The notes under the pieces were generated by a model. It worked only from the letters and a program-made list of their open reading frames with translations. It did not search any database and was not told the DNA's origin. A stretch of 64,000 nt of DNA from the NCBI GenBank assembly GCA_009914755.4, contig CP068257.2, positions 9,600,001 to 9,664,000 of the forward strand. The letters are read 5' to 3'. Made by a program: the position numbers and the translations under genes. The DNA comes from the human T2T-CHM13v2.0 reference genome, Homo sapiens. Positions 16,722 through 29,195 of this stretch are shown one piece after another; position 1 is the first letter of the stretch, and each line of letters starts with the position of its first letter.

Positions 16722-17479
16722 TCATAAGTTGTCACCCTCTTGAAGCAATTGTTGGACACTATTTTAAAAATGTTTTACTTCTGAGTGAAATGTTGCATTT
16801 TATTTTACTAGAAGATTCTTATGTAGTTTAAGTACATTTTACGGTATTGTCAAAGAGCATGAGCAAAATATTTAGGAAAGATGAGACCATATTTCTTTTA
16901 TTTATGACATTGCCACAAAAAAATCAGGTAGATGAATTTGTATTAAGTTTTTGTACCAATTTCATATCTAAAATTTCAAAGAATTTTATTGCAACAAACT
17001 CTTTCTTACCATTAACTCAAAAAAATTCTGTTTTAAATTGACTTCATTCCATAAGTCTCTACACTACTAATTTGGCCAGAAGTTATTTTCAATCCTAATT
17101 GGGAACAACAAAGATCCACATGATATCCTTTCAATTTATGATGTTGAAGAAAGTTGAATTGTAATAATTTGAGTGTGCAGTCAAAGCAATTTTCAATACT
17201 ATGTATCACTGTAGAAACAAGGGAGAATGTCTTGGTTAACTATTTAAGTGGCTTGAGTATGGCAATTAAAATTTCATCTAAGCTCATTTTGATGAATCTT
17301 GTAAGGTGACATTTATTTCTTAGGCTCTGAACATTGTAAGTTCTGTTGATTTTCATGGGAAGTTTTCAAGGTCATTTTCAGAGATCTATGACAAAATGAC
17401 ATTATTTGAGAAAAAAAAAAAAAAGAAGAAATAGCTCAAAGTTTAAAGCATTATGGTATTCCCTAAGCCCAAAATTTTC

Positions 17480-18175
17480 TCCTTTTACAGAAACAAATGA
17501 AATGCAAAATAGACAAACAAACAACCCATCAAAATACCTTGAATCACTGTTGGTGGGAATGAAAATTAGTTCGACCATTGTGGAAGACAGTGTGGAGACT
17601 CCTCATGGATCTAGAATCAGAAATCCCATGACCCAGTAGTCACATTACTTGGTATATACCCAAAGGAATATAAATCATTCTATTATGAAGACACATGCAC
17701 ACATATGTTTATTGCAGCACTATTTATTATAGCAAAGACATGGAACCAACTGAAATGCCCATCAGTGATAGACTAGATAAAGAAAATGTGGTACATATAC
17801 ACCATGGAATACTATGCAGCCATCTAAAGAACTAGATCATATCCTTTGTAGGAACATGGAAACCACCATCCTCATCAAACTAACACAGGAACAGAAAACC
17901 AAACACTGCATGTTCTCACTCATAAGTGAGAGTTGATCAACGAGAACACATTGACACAGGGAGGGGAACAACACACAGTGGGGCCTGTTGGGGCGTGGGG
18001 GGAAAGGGAAAGGAGAGCATTAGGACTGATACCTAATGCATGCAGATTAAAACCTAGATGACGGTTTGATAGGGGCAGCAAACCACCATGGCACATGTAT
18101 ACCTATGTAACAAACCTGCAAATTCTGCATATGTATCCCAGAAATTAAAGTAAAATAAAATAAAATAATAAAAAC
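17480..18175 (+). mobile_element. LINE-1 (L1PA-type) 3' fragment: ORF2 C-terminus plus 3'UTR, with an internal deletion of about 230 bp
   Basis: '...acaaacaaacaacccatcaaaa' jumps directly to 'cactgttggtgggaatgaaaattagttcgaccattgtggaagacagtgtggagactcctc'. It continues '...aaccaaacactgcatgttctcactcataagtgagagttgatcaacgagaacacattgacacagggaggggaacaacacacagtggggcctgttgggg...caaaccaccatggcacatgtatacctatgtaacaaacctgcaaattctgcatatgtatcccagaaattaaagtaaaataaaat', which is the L1 3' end. Confidence 0.88.
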
Positions 18176-19214
18176 AACAACCAAATGTACCTTGAATCTC
18201 CAAAATAAGTTAACACAAATAGTTAAAATTGAGCATGCTTTTATTAGAAGAAGAAAATGTCATTGAAAATATAACAGATAATTTATAGGTGGGAACATAC
18301 GTAAAAACGTATAACTACTTAGATCTGCTAGATAAAGTGAGTCCCAAATGATAAGGTTACAAAAATAATGTTTTTTTGTAGAATATGTGTTTTCAATGAG
18401 AAAGTGTTGCAAAAGTCAGTCATACAGATTGGTAACTTTTATGTTTATTTTTCAAAAGCAGCTCAAAATAGTTCTTTAGATTCTGTAACAACACGGTGTC
18501 CTAATTTTGCTCCTAAAATTTTGTCACAAAATTTTAAATTCACTTGCAAATTGATCTTCATTTAATCTTCCTCTAGGTGTGTAAGCTAAATCAGAGATCT
18601 GCATGAACTGCTTGTTACTCTTTCATGCTATACATCCTCCCTAGGTAATTTTGATCACTGCAATCTTTTCCATCATCATTTCTACTTGAAGACTAACTAA
18701 TATAGGTAGAACAAATGTCAACTTCTAGATCTATATGCTTTCCAGATATCTCAAATAAAAGATAAAATTTGGGGAGATATACCATGTTCATGATTTTGAA
18801 ATAGTCAAGACTGTGTGATATTGTCCTCAAGAAAGACTAAATAGATCAACAGAACAAAATAGAAAATACAAAAACAGATTTACACATATAGTTAATATCT
18901 TTTTTTTTAAATAGCAAGTCAATTCATCAGGGAAAGTATCAGCTTTGAAGAAATGGAAGACTTTTCAAAGCAAGAAATGTAAAACAGTTGGGTATTTATA
19001 AGCAATAGAAAACAAATTTGATTCATAGCTTGCAAAATATATAAACATTAGTAATAAGCCAACCTGCATGTATTGAAATCCTAGATATAAACATAAGATA
19101 AATCTTTGTGACCTTAGTTGAAACAAATAAGTGCTGTATATGACATTAAACATTTAATTTGTAAAATAAAATATTAACTTGAACTTCTTCAAAAGTGAAA
19201 ATTTTTATTCTGTT

Positions 19215-21258
19215 TTAAAAATTATTATACTTTAAGTTCTGGGAAACATGTGCAGAACGTGTAGGTTTGTTACATAGGTATACACATGCCATGGTGGTTT
19301 GCTGCACCCTTCAACCCATCATCTATTTTAGGTATTTCTCCCAATGCTATCCCTCCCCAAGCCCCCCACCCCCTGGCAGGCCCCAGTGTGTGATGTTCCC
19401 TTCCCTGTGTCCATGTGTTCTCATTGTTCAGCTCCCAATTATGAGTGAGAACATGCGGTGTTTGGTTTTCTGTTCCTGTGTTAGTTTGCTGAGAATGATC
19501 ATTTCCAGCTTTATCCATGTCCCTGCAAAGGACATGAACTCATCCTTTTTTATGGCTGCATAGTGTTCCATAGTGTATATGTGCCACATTTTCTTTATCC
19601 AGTCTATGATTGATGGGCATTTGTGTTGGTTCCAAGTCTTTGCTATTGTGAACAGTGCTGCAATAAACCTATGTGTGCATGTGTTTTTATACTAGAATGA
19701 TTCATAATCCTTTTTCTATTTAGTAATGGGATTGCTGGGTCAAACGGTATTTCTAGTTCTAGATCCTTGAAGAATCACCACACTGTCTTCCACAATGGTT
19801 GAACTAATTTACACTTTCACCAACAGTGTAAAAGTGTTCCTATTTCTCCACATCCTCTCCAGCATCTGTTGTTTTCTGACTTTTTAATGTTCACCATTCT
19901 AACCAGAGTGAGATGGTATCTCATTGTGGTTTTGATTTGCATTTCCCTAATGACGAATGATGATGAGCTTTTTTTTTCACATGTTTTTTGGCCGCATAAA
20001 TGTCTTTTTTTGAGAAGTGTCTGTTCATATCCTTTGACCACTTTTCGATGGGGTTGTTTGTATTTTTTCTTGCAAATTTGTTTAAGTCCTTTGTAGATTC
20101 TGGATATTAGCCCTTTGTCAGATGGATAGATTGCAAAATTTTCTCCCATTCTGTAGGTTGCCTGTTCACTCTGATGATAGTTTATTTTGCTGTGCAGAAG
20201 CTCTTTAGTTTAATTAGATCCCATTCATCAATTTTGGCTTTTGTTGCCAATGCATTTGTTGTTGTATTCATGAAGTTTTTGTCCATGCCTATGTCCTGAA
20301 TGGTGTTGCCTAGGTGTTCTGCTAAGGTTTTTATAGTTTTAGGTCTTATGTTTAAGTCTTTAATCTATCTTGAGTTAATTTCTATATAAGATATAAGGAA
20401 GGGATCCAGTTTCAGTTTTCCACTACCCAGTTTTCCCAGCACCATTTATTAAATAGGGAATCCTTTCCCCATTGCTTGTTTTTGTCAGGTTTGTCAAAGA
20501 TCAGATGGCTGTAGATGTGTGGCATTATTTCTTAGGCCTCTGTTCTGTTCTGTTGGTCTACATAACTGTTTTGGTACCAGTACCATGCTGTTTTGGTTAC
20601 TGTAGCCTTGCAGTATATTTTAAAGTCAGGTCACATGATACCTCCAGCTTTGTTCTTTTTGCTTAGGATTGTCTTGGCTATACAACCTCTTTTTTGGTTT
20701 CGTATGAAATTTAAAGTAGGTTTTTCTAATTCTGTGAAGAAAGTCAATGGTAGCTTGATGGGGATAGCATTGAATTTATAAATTACTTCAGCAGTATGGA
20801 CATTTTCATATTGATTCTTCCTATCCATGAGCATGGAATAATTTGCCATTTGTTTGTGTCCTCTCCTATTTCCTTGAACAGTGGTTTGTAGTTCTCCTTG
20901 AGGAGATCCTTCACATCCCTTGTAAGTTGTTTTCCTAGGTATTTTATTCTCTTTGTAGCAATTGTGAATGGGAGTTCACTCATGATTTGGCTCCCTGTTT
21001 GTCTGTTATTGTTGTATAGGAATGCTTGTTATTTTTGCATATTGATTTTGAATCCTGAGATTTTGCTGAAGTTGCTTATCAGCTTAAGATTTTGGGCTGA
21101 GACGATGGGGTTTTCTAAATATAAAATCTTGTCATCTGCAAACAGAGACAATTTGACTTCCTCTCTTCCTGTTTGAATACCCTTTATTGCTTTCTCTTGC
21201 CTGATTGCCTTGGCTAGAACTTTCAATACTATGCTTAATAGGAATGGAAAAGGGCATT
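19215..21258 (-). mobile_element. LINE-1 (older L1PA-type), 5'-truncated, about 2 kb: ORF2 reverse-transcriptase C-terminal half through the 3'UTR
   Basis: The plus strand reads the L1 antisense: 'ttattatactttaagttctgggaaacatgtgcagaacgtgtaggtttgttacataggtatacacatgccatggtggtttgctgcaccc...'. Minus-strand ORFs are ORF2 pieces: '[43 protein letters not shown]', '[38 protein letters not shown]', '[43 protein letters not shown]'. Confidence 0.9.
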
Positions 21259-23262
21259 TAAAAATAATTTTTTAAAAAGCTATGAACTGAGAAAACATTT
21301 GAATAGCATATATCTTATTGGCCAAGAAAGGTTTATCTCATCAGGACTAATGTTTGTCTTTAGAACTGGCACTTGGCTGGCTTTTGGAAGATAATCTGTG
21401 GGCCCTTAATATATTCTGCCTGATGACAGTGTTTCTATACATCTTTGGCTTTAGAGTACAGTGCACAAGTGGTTTTCAGCGTCTGAGGCCTTGGACCATG
21501 CTGTGCTCATTTGAACAGTTAAGCTTATCCTAACAATATAATTTAGAGTCAATGGCTATATTTGATCTGACAGATGCTGTAGTCTGAGTAGCTGAAATCA
21601 CTCATATAGGCACCACCTTACATGACTGATGCCCAGTAAAAGCCCTGGAGACCAAAACTTAAATGAGCTTCTCTGATTGACAACACTTCAATATGCTGTC
21701 AAATATTGTTGCTGGGAGAATTACATGTGTTCTTGTGGGATTCCACTGGGAGAGGACACCTGAAAGCTTGTACCTGATATCTTCTACATTTCTCCCCATA
21801 GGTTTTTTTTCTTTGTTGATTTTAATCTGTATCTTTTCATTGTAGTAAACTGTAACTATGAATGTAACATGTTTTCTAAGACCTGTGAATCATTATAGTT
21901 AATCTTTGAGCCTAAGGGTGGTCATAAGGAGCCCCAACACACTAATAAATTACTTTCATAAAGAATATATAAAAGCTGTCAAAAATCAAAAATAAAACAA
22001 ATCACCCAATTTTCTAAAAGGCAAAAGATTGAAAAAGACGTCATGATAGAAGACATGGATGACAAATAAGTATATCAAAAAATTTTAACATCTGTAATCA
22101 TTAAAGAATTGAAAACCACAAAGAAATACTACTGATAGTTATTACAATGTCCAAAGTGAAAAAAAATATTGACCCTACCAGGTATAGGCAAGAAAATGGA
22201 GGAACTGAAACTTTAATATACTTTTGATTGACAACCAGTTTGTAAAATAGATTGACAGCTTCTTTAAAAAGTAAACCTATGCTTACCACTTAATCTAGTC
22301 ATTTATCTTCTAGATATTTCCCCCTCGAAAAATGAAAAAGAAATTGTTGTATATAAATGTTCATAGGCATTTTCTCTTTAATAGCTAAAACGTGGTCATG
22401 ACCCACATATTCATTAACAAGTAATTGGTGATATATACGTACAGAAAAATTCTGCTCAGCAATAAAAAGGTTCGACTACTGACACATGCAACAACATGAA
22501 TGAATTTCAAAAGAATTTTGCTGTAAAGCAAAAATGCCAGCCAAAAAATAGTGCACCTTATATGATTCCATTTATATAAAACTTCTGGATGCACCAATAT
22601 ACAATATACAGTAACATACAATACTGAAAGATGGTCAGCAGTTGTCTAGCTAAGATGCTTATTAGGAGAGACAATAATTGCAAAAGGGGATTATTAAAAG
22701 TAGTCATGAGGAAACATTTTGTGGATTTATATGTTCACTATCTTGACAATAATGATGATCTCATGGATGTATAAATATGTCAGAGCATATCTAATAATTT
22801 ATCTTACATATTTTTGGCTTTTAATATGTTAATTATAGCTCAATAAATTTCTTAAAAACTCATTGGACTCTATCTGTAATGTGTGTATGTTTAGTTTTAA
22901 GTAAAGTGCAGCTAAATTTTTCTCCACCATTACAATTTTCAAACATACTTTCACTTACAGAATAGCATACTGAAAATTAACACATGCTTTTATAATTATA
23001 AATAAAATAGTAATATATCTTTTCTGCTGAAATAAATGCAAACCAATTACAAGGAATTTATTAGTTTTTATTTTAGTTACTTCATATATATTAGCACCTA
23101 AGCCTCAAAGATTCACTATGTAATTGTGTAAATTAGTAGTAGGGTTACCTGAATCTGGCTTAATAATCAATTAATCAGTATTTATCTTTAAACATTTTTT
23201 CCTTTATGAATTGTGTCACACTTTTAAAGAGCCCTTCCTACATTACAAGCATATATAAAATA

Positions 23263-23584
<322 letters not shown>

Positions 23585-26500
23585 ATAAAATATATTCTTA
23601 TACTATTTTAGAATAATTTCAGAAGTTAGATTGTTTTCTAGTTTTTAGTGTTTTCATTGATACCAAATTTATTTTTATGTACATAAATGTATGATTTTAA
23701 GTTAGATTATTTCAAACTCGTATCCCTGCAATTATCTGAACAAAATTTTTAAGTAGTCACATTGACTTTTTTTTCAAAAGTTAGTTTTAAGCTATTTGAT
23801 AACATATGGATATACTTCACTAAAGTTGTATTTTTGTGTGTAATTCTTTAATCCATCTGGAGATATTTTGGTTGTTTTTCGATCAGATAGCCAGTTAAAC
23901 CAGAAAGAAAAATCTTACCAAAAAGTTTCCACTTAGAAAATTTAATAGCCAAAAAAACTAATATATGCAAGAATGAACAAAAACATATTGATAAAACTTA
24001 TACATCATATTTTTATTGAAATATTTCATAATGAAATGTTTCACATGGTTAAAGAACTACAAATTCATCCAATGTAAATAAAAACTTCATGGGAAATGTA
24101 TAATATATGAGGGATTATTTGATATCTGAAAAAATTAGATAGAAAATAAATGCTTAAAAACTTCTAGAAGGTAATCCAGTAGAATATTTATCAGCTTAGG
24201 CTAACAAATGATATAAACATGATTAAAGAAGAGCTAAACTTAAATAAAAATATTAAGTTGATGACAAGTGTAAAACACCATTCTTCAAAATATGCAATTA
24301 CAAATAGGAAAGCGCTAATAGGAGAAAAAATAAAATGTTTATAATGCAAAAAGTATTAACATTCAAAACTGTTGATAATATAAAGAAAGATATTATAAGG
24401 AAAAGTATTCCAGTAGTAGAGTAGCCTAAATATAAGGCAATTCGAAGAAAGAAAAGAGGAATCATGAATAGGTTTATCAATCCTGATTCCATCTTACCAG
24501 TGATTAGACTGGTAAATAAGAAAATGTGTGATAATACCAAGGGTAATAAAGATATATTTCATTTACATTTACAGTGCTGGTAAACATACACTGTACAACC
24601 ACTTTGGAGAAAACTTGGAAGTACCTAAAATGTGAAAATGTACAGTTGCTCTTGATCCAGCAAGGGTACCTCTGAGTATATATTGTGGAAAAATTCTCAC
24701 ACATGCATACACAGTGAAACATGTAAGAGTGCTTATAGCAGCATTGTTGGGATTTTCTTTAAACCCTAGATTTGACCTATATATCTATCAGTAGAGAATC
24801 AAAATAAAATTCAAGCTATTGTTATACAGTGGGATATAGTACATCACTGATAATTAATACAAATTAATATTACGAACCACTCAAGTTTGAATCAAATATT
24901 AGGTCATGGTATAATGAAATTATAAAACTATTTAGAGTTAAAAACAGGCAAAAATGTCACATTTATTTTAGAATTCATAATTGAATAGTAGAAGAAAGTA
25001 AAAATGCATAGGAATCATCAACATGAAACACAGGAAAAATAAATGAAACATAGGCAGGTGATTGCCTGCAGAGCAAGAAAGTAGAGTTTATTAAGGAGGG
25101 CAGTATGAGAACTATTTAAGATATTTTAGGATAAGAAGCGGTTTTGTGAATTTGAATTCATTATATAACACTTTCTATTTTGTTTTGTTATTCATCATTT
25201 AACATTTTTTAAAAAATATAAAGAATTCTCATAAGTATTTTTAAACTAGAAGACAAATAAGTGGAATGAAACATCTAAATGTCAAATTTTGGTGTGTATG
25301 TCCTATTAATTTCTAAGCAGGGACACCTGGCAAGCAGAAATAACTCTGAGGACATGTGGGATTTTGAATTTTTTGACACCTCTGTAAAGTTATTTGGCAA
25401 GCAATAATAATAGCTACCACTTATTTATCAAGTGTTTACTAATGTACTAAGCATTGGCATATATGGTTTATTACTTCTATCCTATTTAGTATTCAAATCA
25501 ATATGATGTCTATTTTTTGTTCTGTTTTAAAAATAAAGAAGCTAACATGTCCAAGCCACATATTTAGTAAGTATTGGAACTACATCAAAACAAGAAAGAA
25601 ACATTTCAATGGTTTATCCTACTGTCTACTTCCTAAAGGAAAATTATAAATTTGCAGTAACTGATCCAAATACATTTCCAGAGTTACTTTAGCTTTCACA
25701 GTGTTGGCCAGCACAATGTGTTTTTGTTTGTTTGTTTGCTTGCTTCCTTGTTTTTTAAGAACATTCCCATAGTTGACTATTTCAATATTTAATTCTCCAA
25801 TCTTGTATTTTGGGTTTCTCTTGATAAACATCAAAAAAGGTGGAGGCAGTTTACACTGAATAGACTTAAGAAGCTGACCTTTACAAGAAAGTTCAGATGC
25901 TTCATTTTACCACAATTTCTCCACTGCTTAGTTTTATTACACCTAGTCCATATCACGCATTTGGGTTACTTGCCTGGCTCATCTATGACAGAAAAGAAGG
26001 AAAGGAGAAAGGAAGCAAAAGAGAATAAAGAACCTAAATAAGTGCTATTCATCTATTCAGAGCTGTTTCAAAAAATTAAGTAAATGTTTTCTTCAGTATT
26101 CTCAGTCAAATCTTGCTTCATACTTATTATAAATACCCTGAAGGAGTCATACCAATGTGTTCTCTGTAAATGCCATGAACAACACTTTGTTTTTGTATAA
26201 CGGTTTTCATGACTATTGTATTAATAGCACATTTAATAATATTTCAATAGGTCAAAATTATGTCATATGTTTTCTTACAAATTTTTGTCATTTTTTAGAA
26301 TTAATGCTACAGCCCAGAAGATAAATATTATTATGAAAGCTTGTTTGTAAAAAATTTCAGTAATTTTATATCTTTTTGGTAAGATTAATGGCTTCTATTG
26401 TATATATTTACAATGGATATCAATGTTGATATTGAGTTATCCAATCTAATATTTTAATAGCTCCAGCTTGAACTATGAATGGTAGATGACTGTGTTCTGT

Positions 26501-28246
26501 ACGTATACCAATATGAGTATTTTTCTATGTTAAAGATTTTACTAGAATCCTTAAATAAACCATAATCATCTAATATGATTTTCTGCTGGAATTTATATAA
26601 TTTATTATCATAAAATATATTGAATTGCTCAGATAAAAATTTTAATTTCTATAAATCTTAATATATAAAAATATGGTCTTCTTCAACAAATTGACATTCC
26701 AAATTGGTTTAGAATATCCTTAAATAATTATAGTTTTATTTTCAAATAAGTTAATTTTACAAATTGTTATCATTTTTAACTTAACTTTTGTGTTTTGTTT
26801 TTTGTTTGTATTTATGTCTTCCCCAAATGTCCTCTTTTTAATGCAAATGTAGAGAAGGCAGACACCTAGAATTCCATCCTAGAATTAAGACGTGACAATT
26901 AACTTTGATTTTGTAAATGCATTGTATGCTGACCTAATAGAAGATGAAAAGTGGAAAAATTTGCACAATGAGTTCAAGAACTCTGAGGAAAAGTATTCAA
27001 AGAGTCTAGTTAAGAAAACCTTATTAAGTGGAAATTTCATACCAGACAAGGCTGCACAGCTTGGAAAAGCCCTGCACTTAAAATTAACTTCAGCCGGTGA
27101 TGTGCTGAGGCTCTTGACTCAAGTACAGGCACACGGGCTGGCTATGATTTGGAGAAACATGGTAAGTCATATGAATGTTAGTTGATAACTAATTTTATTG
27201 TTCATGTGCGGAGGACATAGGGTCAAATGTGCCCCAAGAGGACCTCGAGAAAATATATGTGGGTCTGGATACAGACCTCATGTGACAAAAAGAAGCAATA
27301 ACCGGGAAAGACTGATTCTCTCTGCTTATCATTTAGAACAATCAAAATAACTTTGAAATGAAAAAAACTCTAGGAGTTTTGAAATTATTAAACTGGCATG
27401 TACATATTAAAAGGGAACAAATAAGGAATTTACTACTAATAGGGCATGGGGGAAAGCAGACCCAAAGTTCTAATTAATATTTTAAAATGATGGTATCCAT
27501 TTTCCGGTTTTAAGGTAAGTCCATACTGCTGAAAATTGCTCTATGTTTCTTATCAAATTTATCTATATCAGCATTTATTTTACTTCTAAATTTAATTACA
27601 ATTTTTAAATTCCATTAAAAAAGTTATCTCACATTTAACTATTTGTTACCTTTCCTTCTCATCTTACAATATTACTTCTCTACCTGTCAAACTATATACA
27701 GTCCAGTTCCTATTCCAATTATGGCTATAATTGCGGTACAATTAATCAATTAATTAACAAAGCATAGCAAAAAATCAAAAGAACTTTAAAAAATTATGTA
27801 TAATTGTGATCAATATGATGTTTTTAAATATGTTCAACTATTTATACTATTTTCCTTCTCAAAGAATCATCAGAATGCTGAACACATAAAATAAACATTG
27901 AATAAATTAAAAATAATTTTTCATTCTAAACAATCTAATTTAAGTATAGTTCCTATTTAGACTTAACCATAACACTTTGAAAAACTTGAAAGAATTCACT
28001 GATTTTTTATAAAATTTAAAATTAATACATATTACACAATTTGTAATATGTATTTTTACTTTGAACACAAGGGCATTTTAAATTGAGCTTCTTTGAAATA
28101 TAATTCACATATAAAAATTTCAGAAAATTTTAAGGACCTTTTTCTTTTTACTAATGCTTTGATTAGGATTTCAGTCTGCATACGAATTTGTCATGATTTT
28201 AGCTGAAACTATTTAAATAGATCGCCGCCGGGAAAAAAGGCGGGAG

Positions 28247-28312
28247 AAGCCCCGGCAGGTTTGAAGCTGCTTCTTCGAATTTGCAATTCAATATGAAAAT
28301 CACCTCAGAGCT
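28247..28312 (-). pseudogene. Mitochondrial tRNA-Cys copy inside the NUMT (not a nuclear tRNA gene)
   Basis: The reverse complement of 'aagccccggcaggtttgaagctgcttcttcgaatttgcaattcaatatgaaaatcacctcagagct' equals mt-tRNA-Cys (a light-strand gene) with 1 mismatch (g>a). Confidence 0.75.
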
Positions 28313-28377
28313 GGTAAAAAGAGGCTTAACCCCTGTCTTTAGATTTACAGTCCAATGCTTCACTCAGCCATTTTACC
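28312..28377 (-). pseudogene. Mitochondrial tRNA-Tyr copy inside the NUMT (not a nuclear tRNA gene)
   Basis: The reverse complement of 'tggtaaaaagaggcttaacccctgtctttagatttacagtccaatgcttcactcagccattttacc' equals mt-tRNA-Tyr (a light-strand gene) with 1 mismatch (c>t). Confidence 0.75.
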
Positions 28378-29136
28378 TCACCAGATCAATACCTTTCCTT
28401 ATCTCTCAATGTCATTAGATATATACATTTTAATCTTAATTTATAGAACAAATATACATATCTTTTTCTGATTATGTGCCTCTAAGTTTGGTAAAAAGTT
28501 CTTGATGCAACCAGTGGACTCAACACTTCTCCTTACTTTGCATTTATAATAATAGGCTTATAGCAGTTTTTTCTCCAAATTAAAGTATAAATATTTAATT
28601 TTTACTTTTAATTTTTAAACGTTACTCAATATTATGTTTATAAAATGACTTCTGGAAAAACATGTCTATTTTCTATCATTTATTATGTCATAATTGAGAG
28701 AAGCAAGAACCCAAATTCATTTAATTATAACACATAAAACTGAATAAATATAGATGACAGATATGTGTTCTTTGTTTTTACATATCTGTTGTAAACCATA
28801 TTACTCAGATTATCTCACTTCTTTCAACTTTTCTAATAAAAGCAATTACCATACCTATGTGGAATGTATTTTAATAGTAATTCGTTTTAATAAAAGTTAT
28901 ATATTTTTAGGAGGTCAAAATAGCAATTTCAATTTATGAAATGTTGACTTTTTAATCTTATTGACATATTTTCTGGAGGCAAATTGTAGAACTATTTGAA
29001 TAGCAACAGAAATTTCCAGTGGAGAGACAGTCAGATACGAAACTTCCGTGAGAAAACTGTATTTATCAGTGACTGAAAATCCTTGGATTAGGACCTAACT
29101 CCCACCTACTTGTTCTTGTAGATACTCTGTCTAAAT

Positions 29137-29195
29137 ACAGATATAGATAGATACAGATACAGATATAGACATAGACATAGATACAAGTACAGTTA
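29137..29195. repeat. Imperfect (AGATAC/AGATAG)n simple repeat
   Basis: 'tacagatatagatagatacagatacagatatagacatagacatagatacaagtacag'. Confidence 0.8.

Larger units (their letters stand above)
28223..28382. other. NUMT: nuclear insertion of mitochondrial DNA covering OriL, tRNA-Cys and tRNA-Tyr (roughly mtDNA 5737-5896)
   Basis: 'cgccgccgggaaaaaaggcgggagaagccccggcaggtttgaagctgcttcttcgaatttgcaattcaatatgaaaatcacctcagagctggtaaaaagaggcttaacccctgtctttagatttacagtccaatgcttcactcagccattttacctcacc' matches the human mtDNA OriL / tRNA-Cys / tRNA-Tyr segment just upstream of COX1, as I recall it. I count about 2-3 mismatches in 160 bp. It is a GC-rich island inside otherwise AT-rich, non-mitochondrial flanks. 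Confidence 0.85.

Noticed and set aside
19817-21226. Minus-strand ORFs of 110, 66 and 65 aa with RT-like and Cys-rich motifs.
   Set aside because: They are ORF2 fragments of an old, 5'-truncated L1 in antisense orientation, interrupted by stops.
17545-21258. A + strand L1 3' end (17480-18175) and a - strand L1 (19215-21258) only about 1 kb apart might be a single twin-primed inverted L1.
   Set aside because: Each piece carries its own L1 3' terminus and the two share the far-3' ORF2/3'UTR segment, which a single twin-primed insertion would not duplicate. The facing ends at 18175 and 19215 are separated by 1 kb of unrelated sequence. I therefore read them as two independent insertions.
21300-21960. 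LTR-like looking segment ('…cccagtaaaagccctggagaccaaaacttaaatgagcttctctgattgac…').
   Set aside because: I cannot match it to a consensus from memory and it has no clear TG…CA termini or TSD. I left it unannotated rather than guess.
28247-28377. Two tRNA-like sequences that a tRNA scanner would report.
   Set aside because: They are mitochondrial tRNA-Cys and tRNA-Tyr copies inside a NUMT. They have mitochondrial-type structure and a single substitution each, with no nuclear pol III context, so they are not nuclear tRNA genes.
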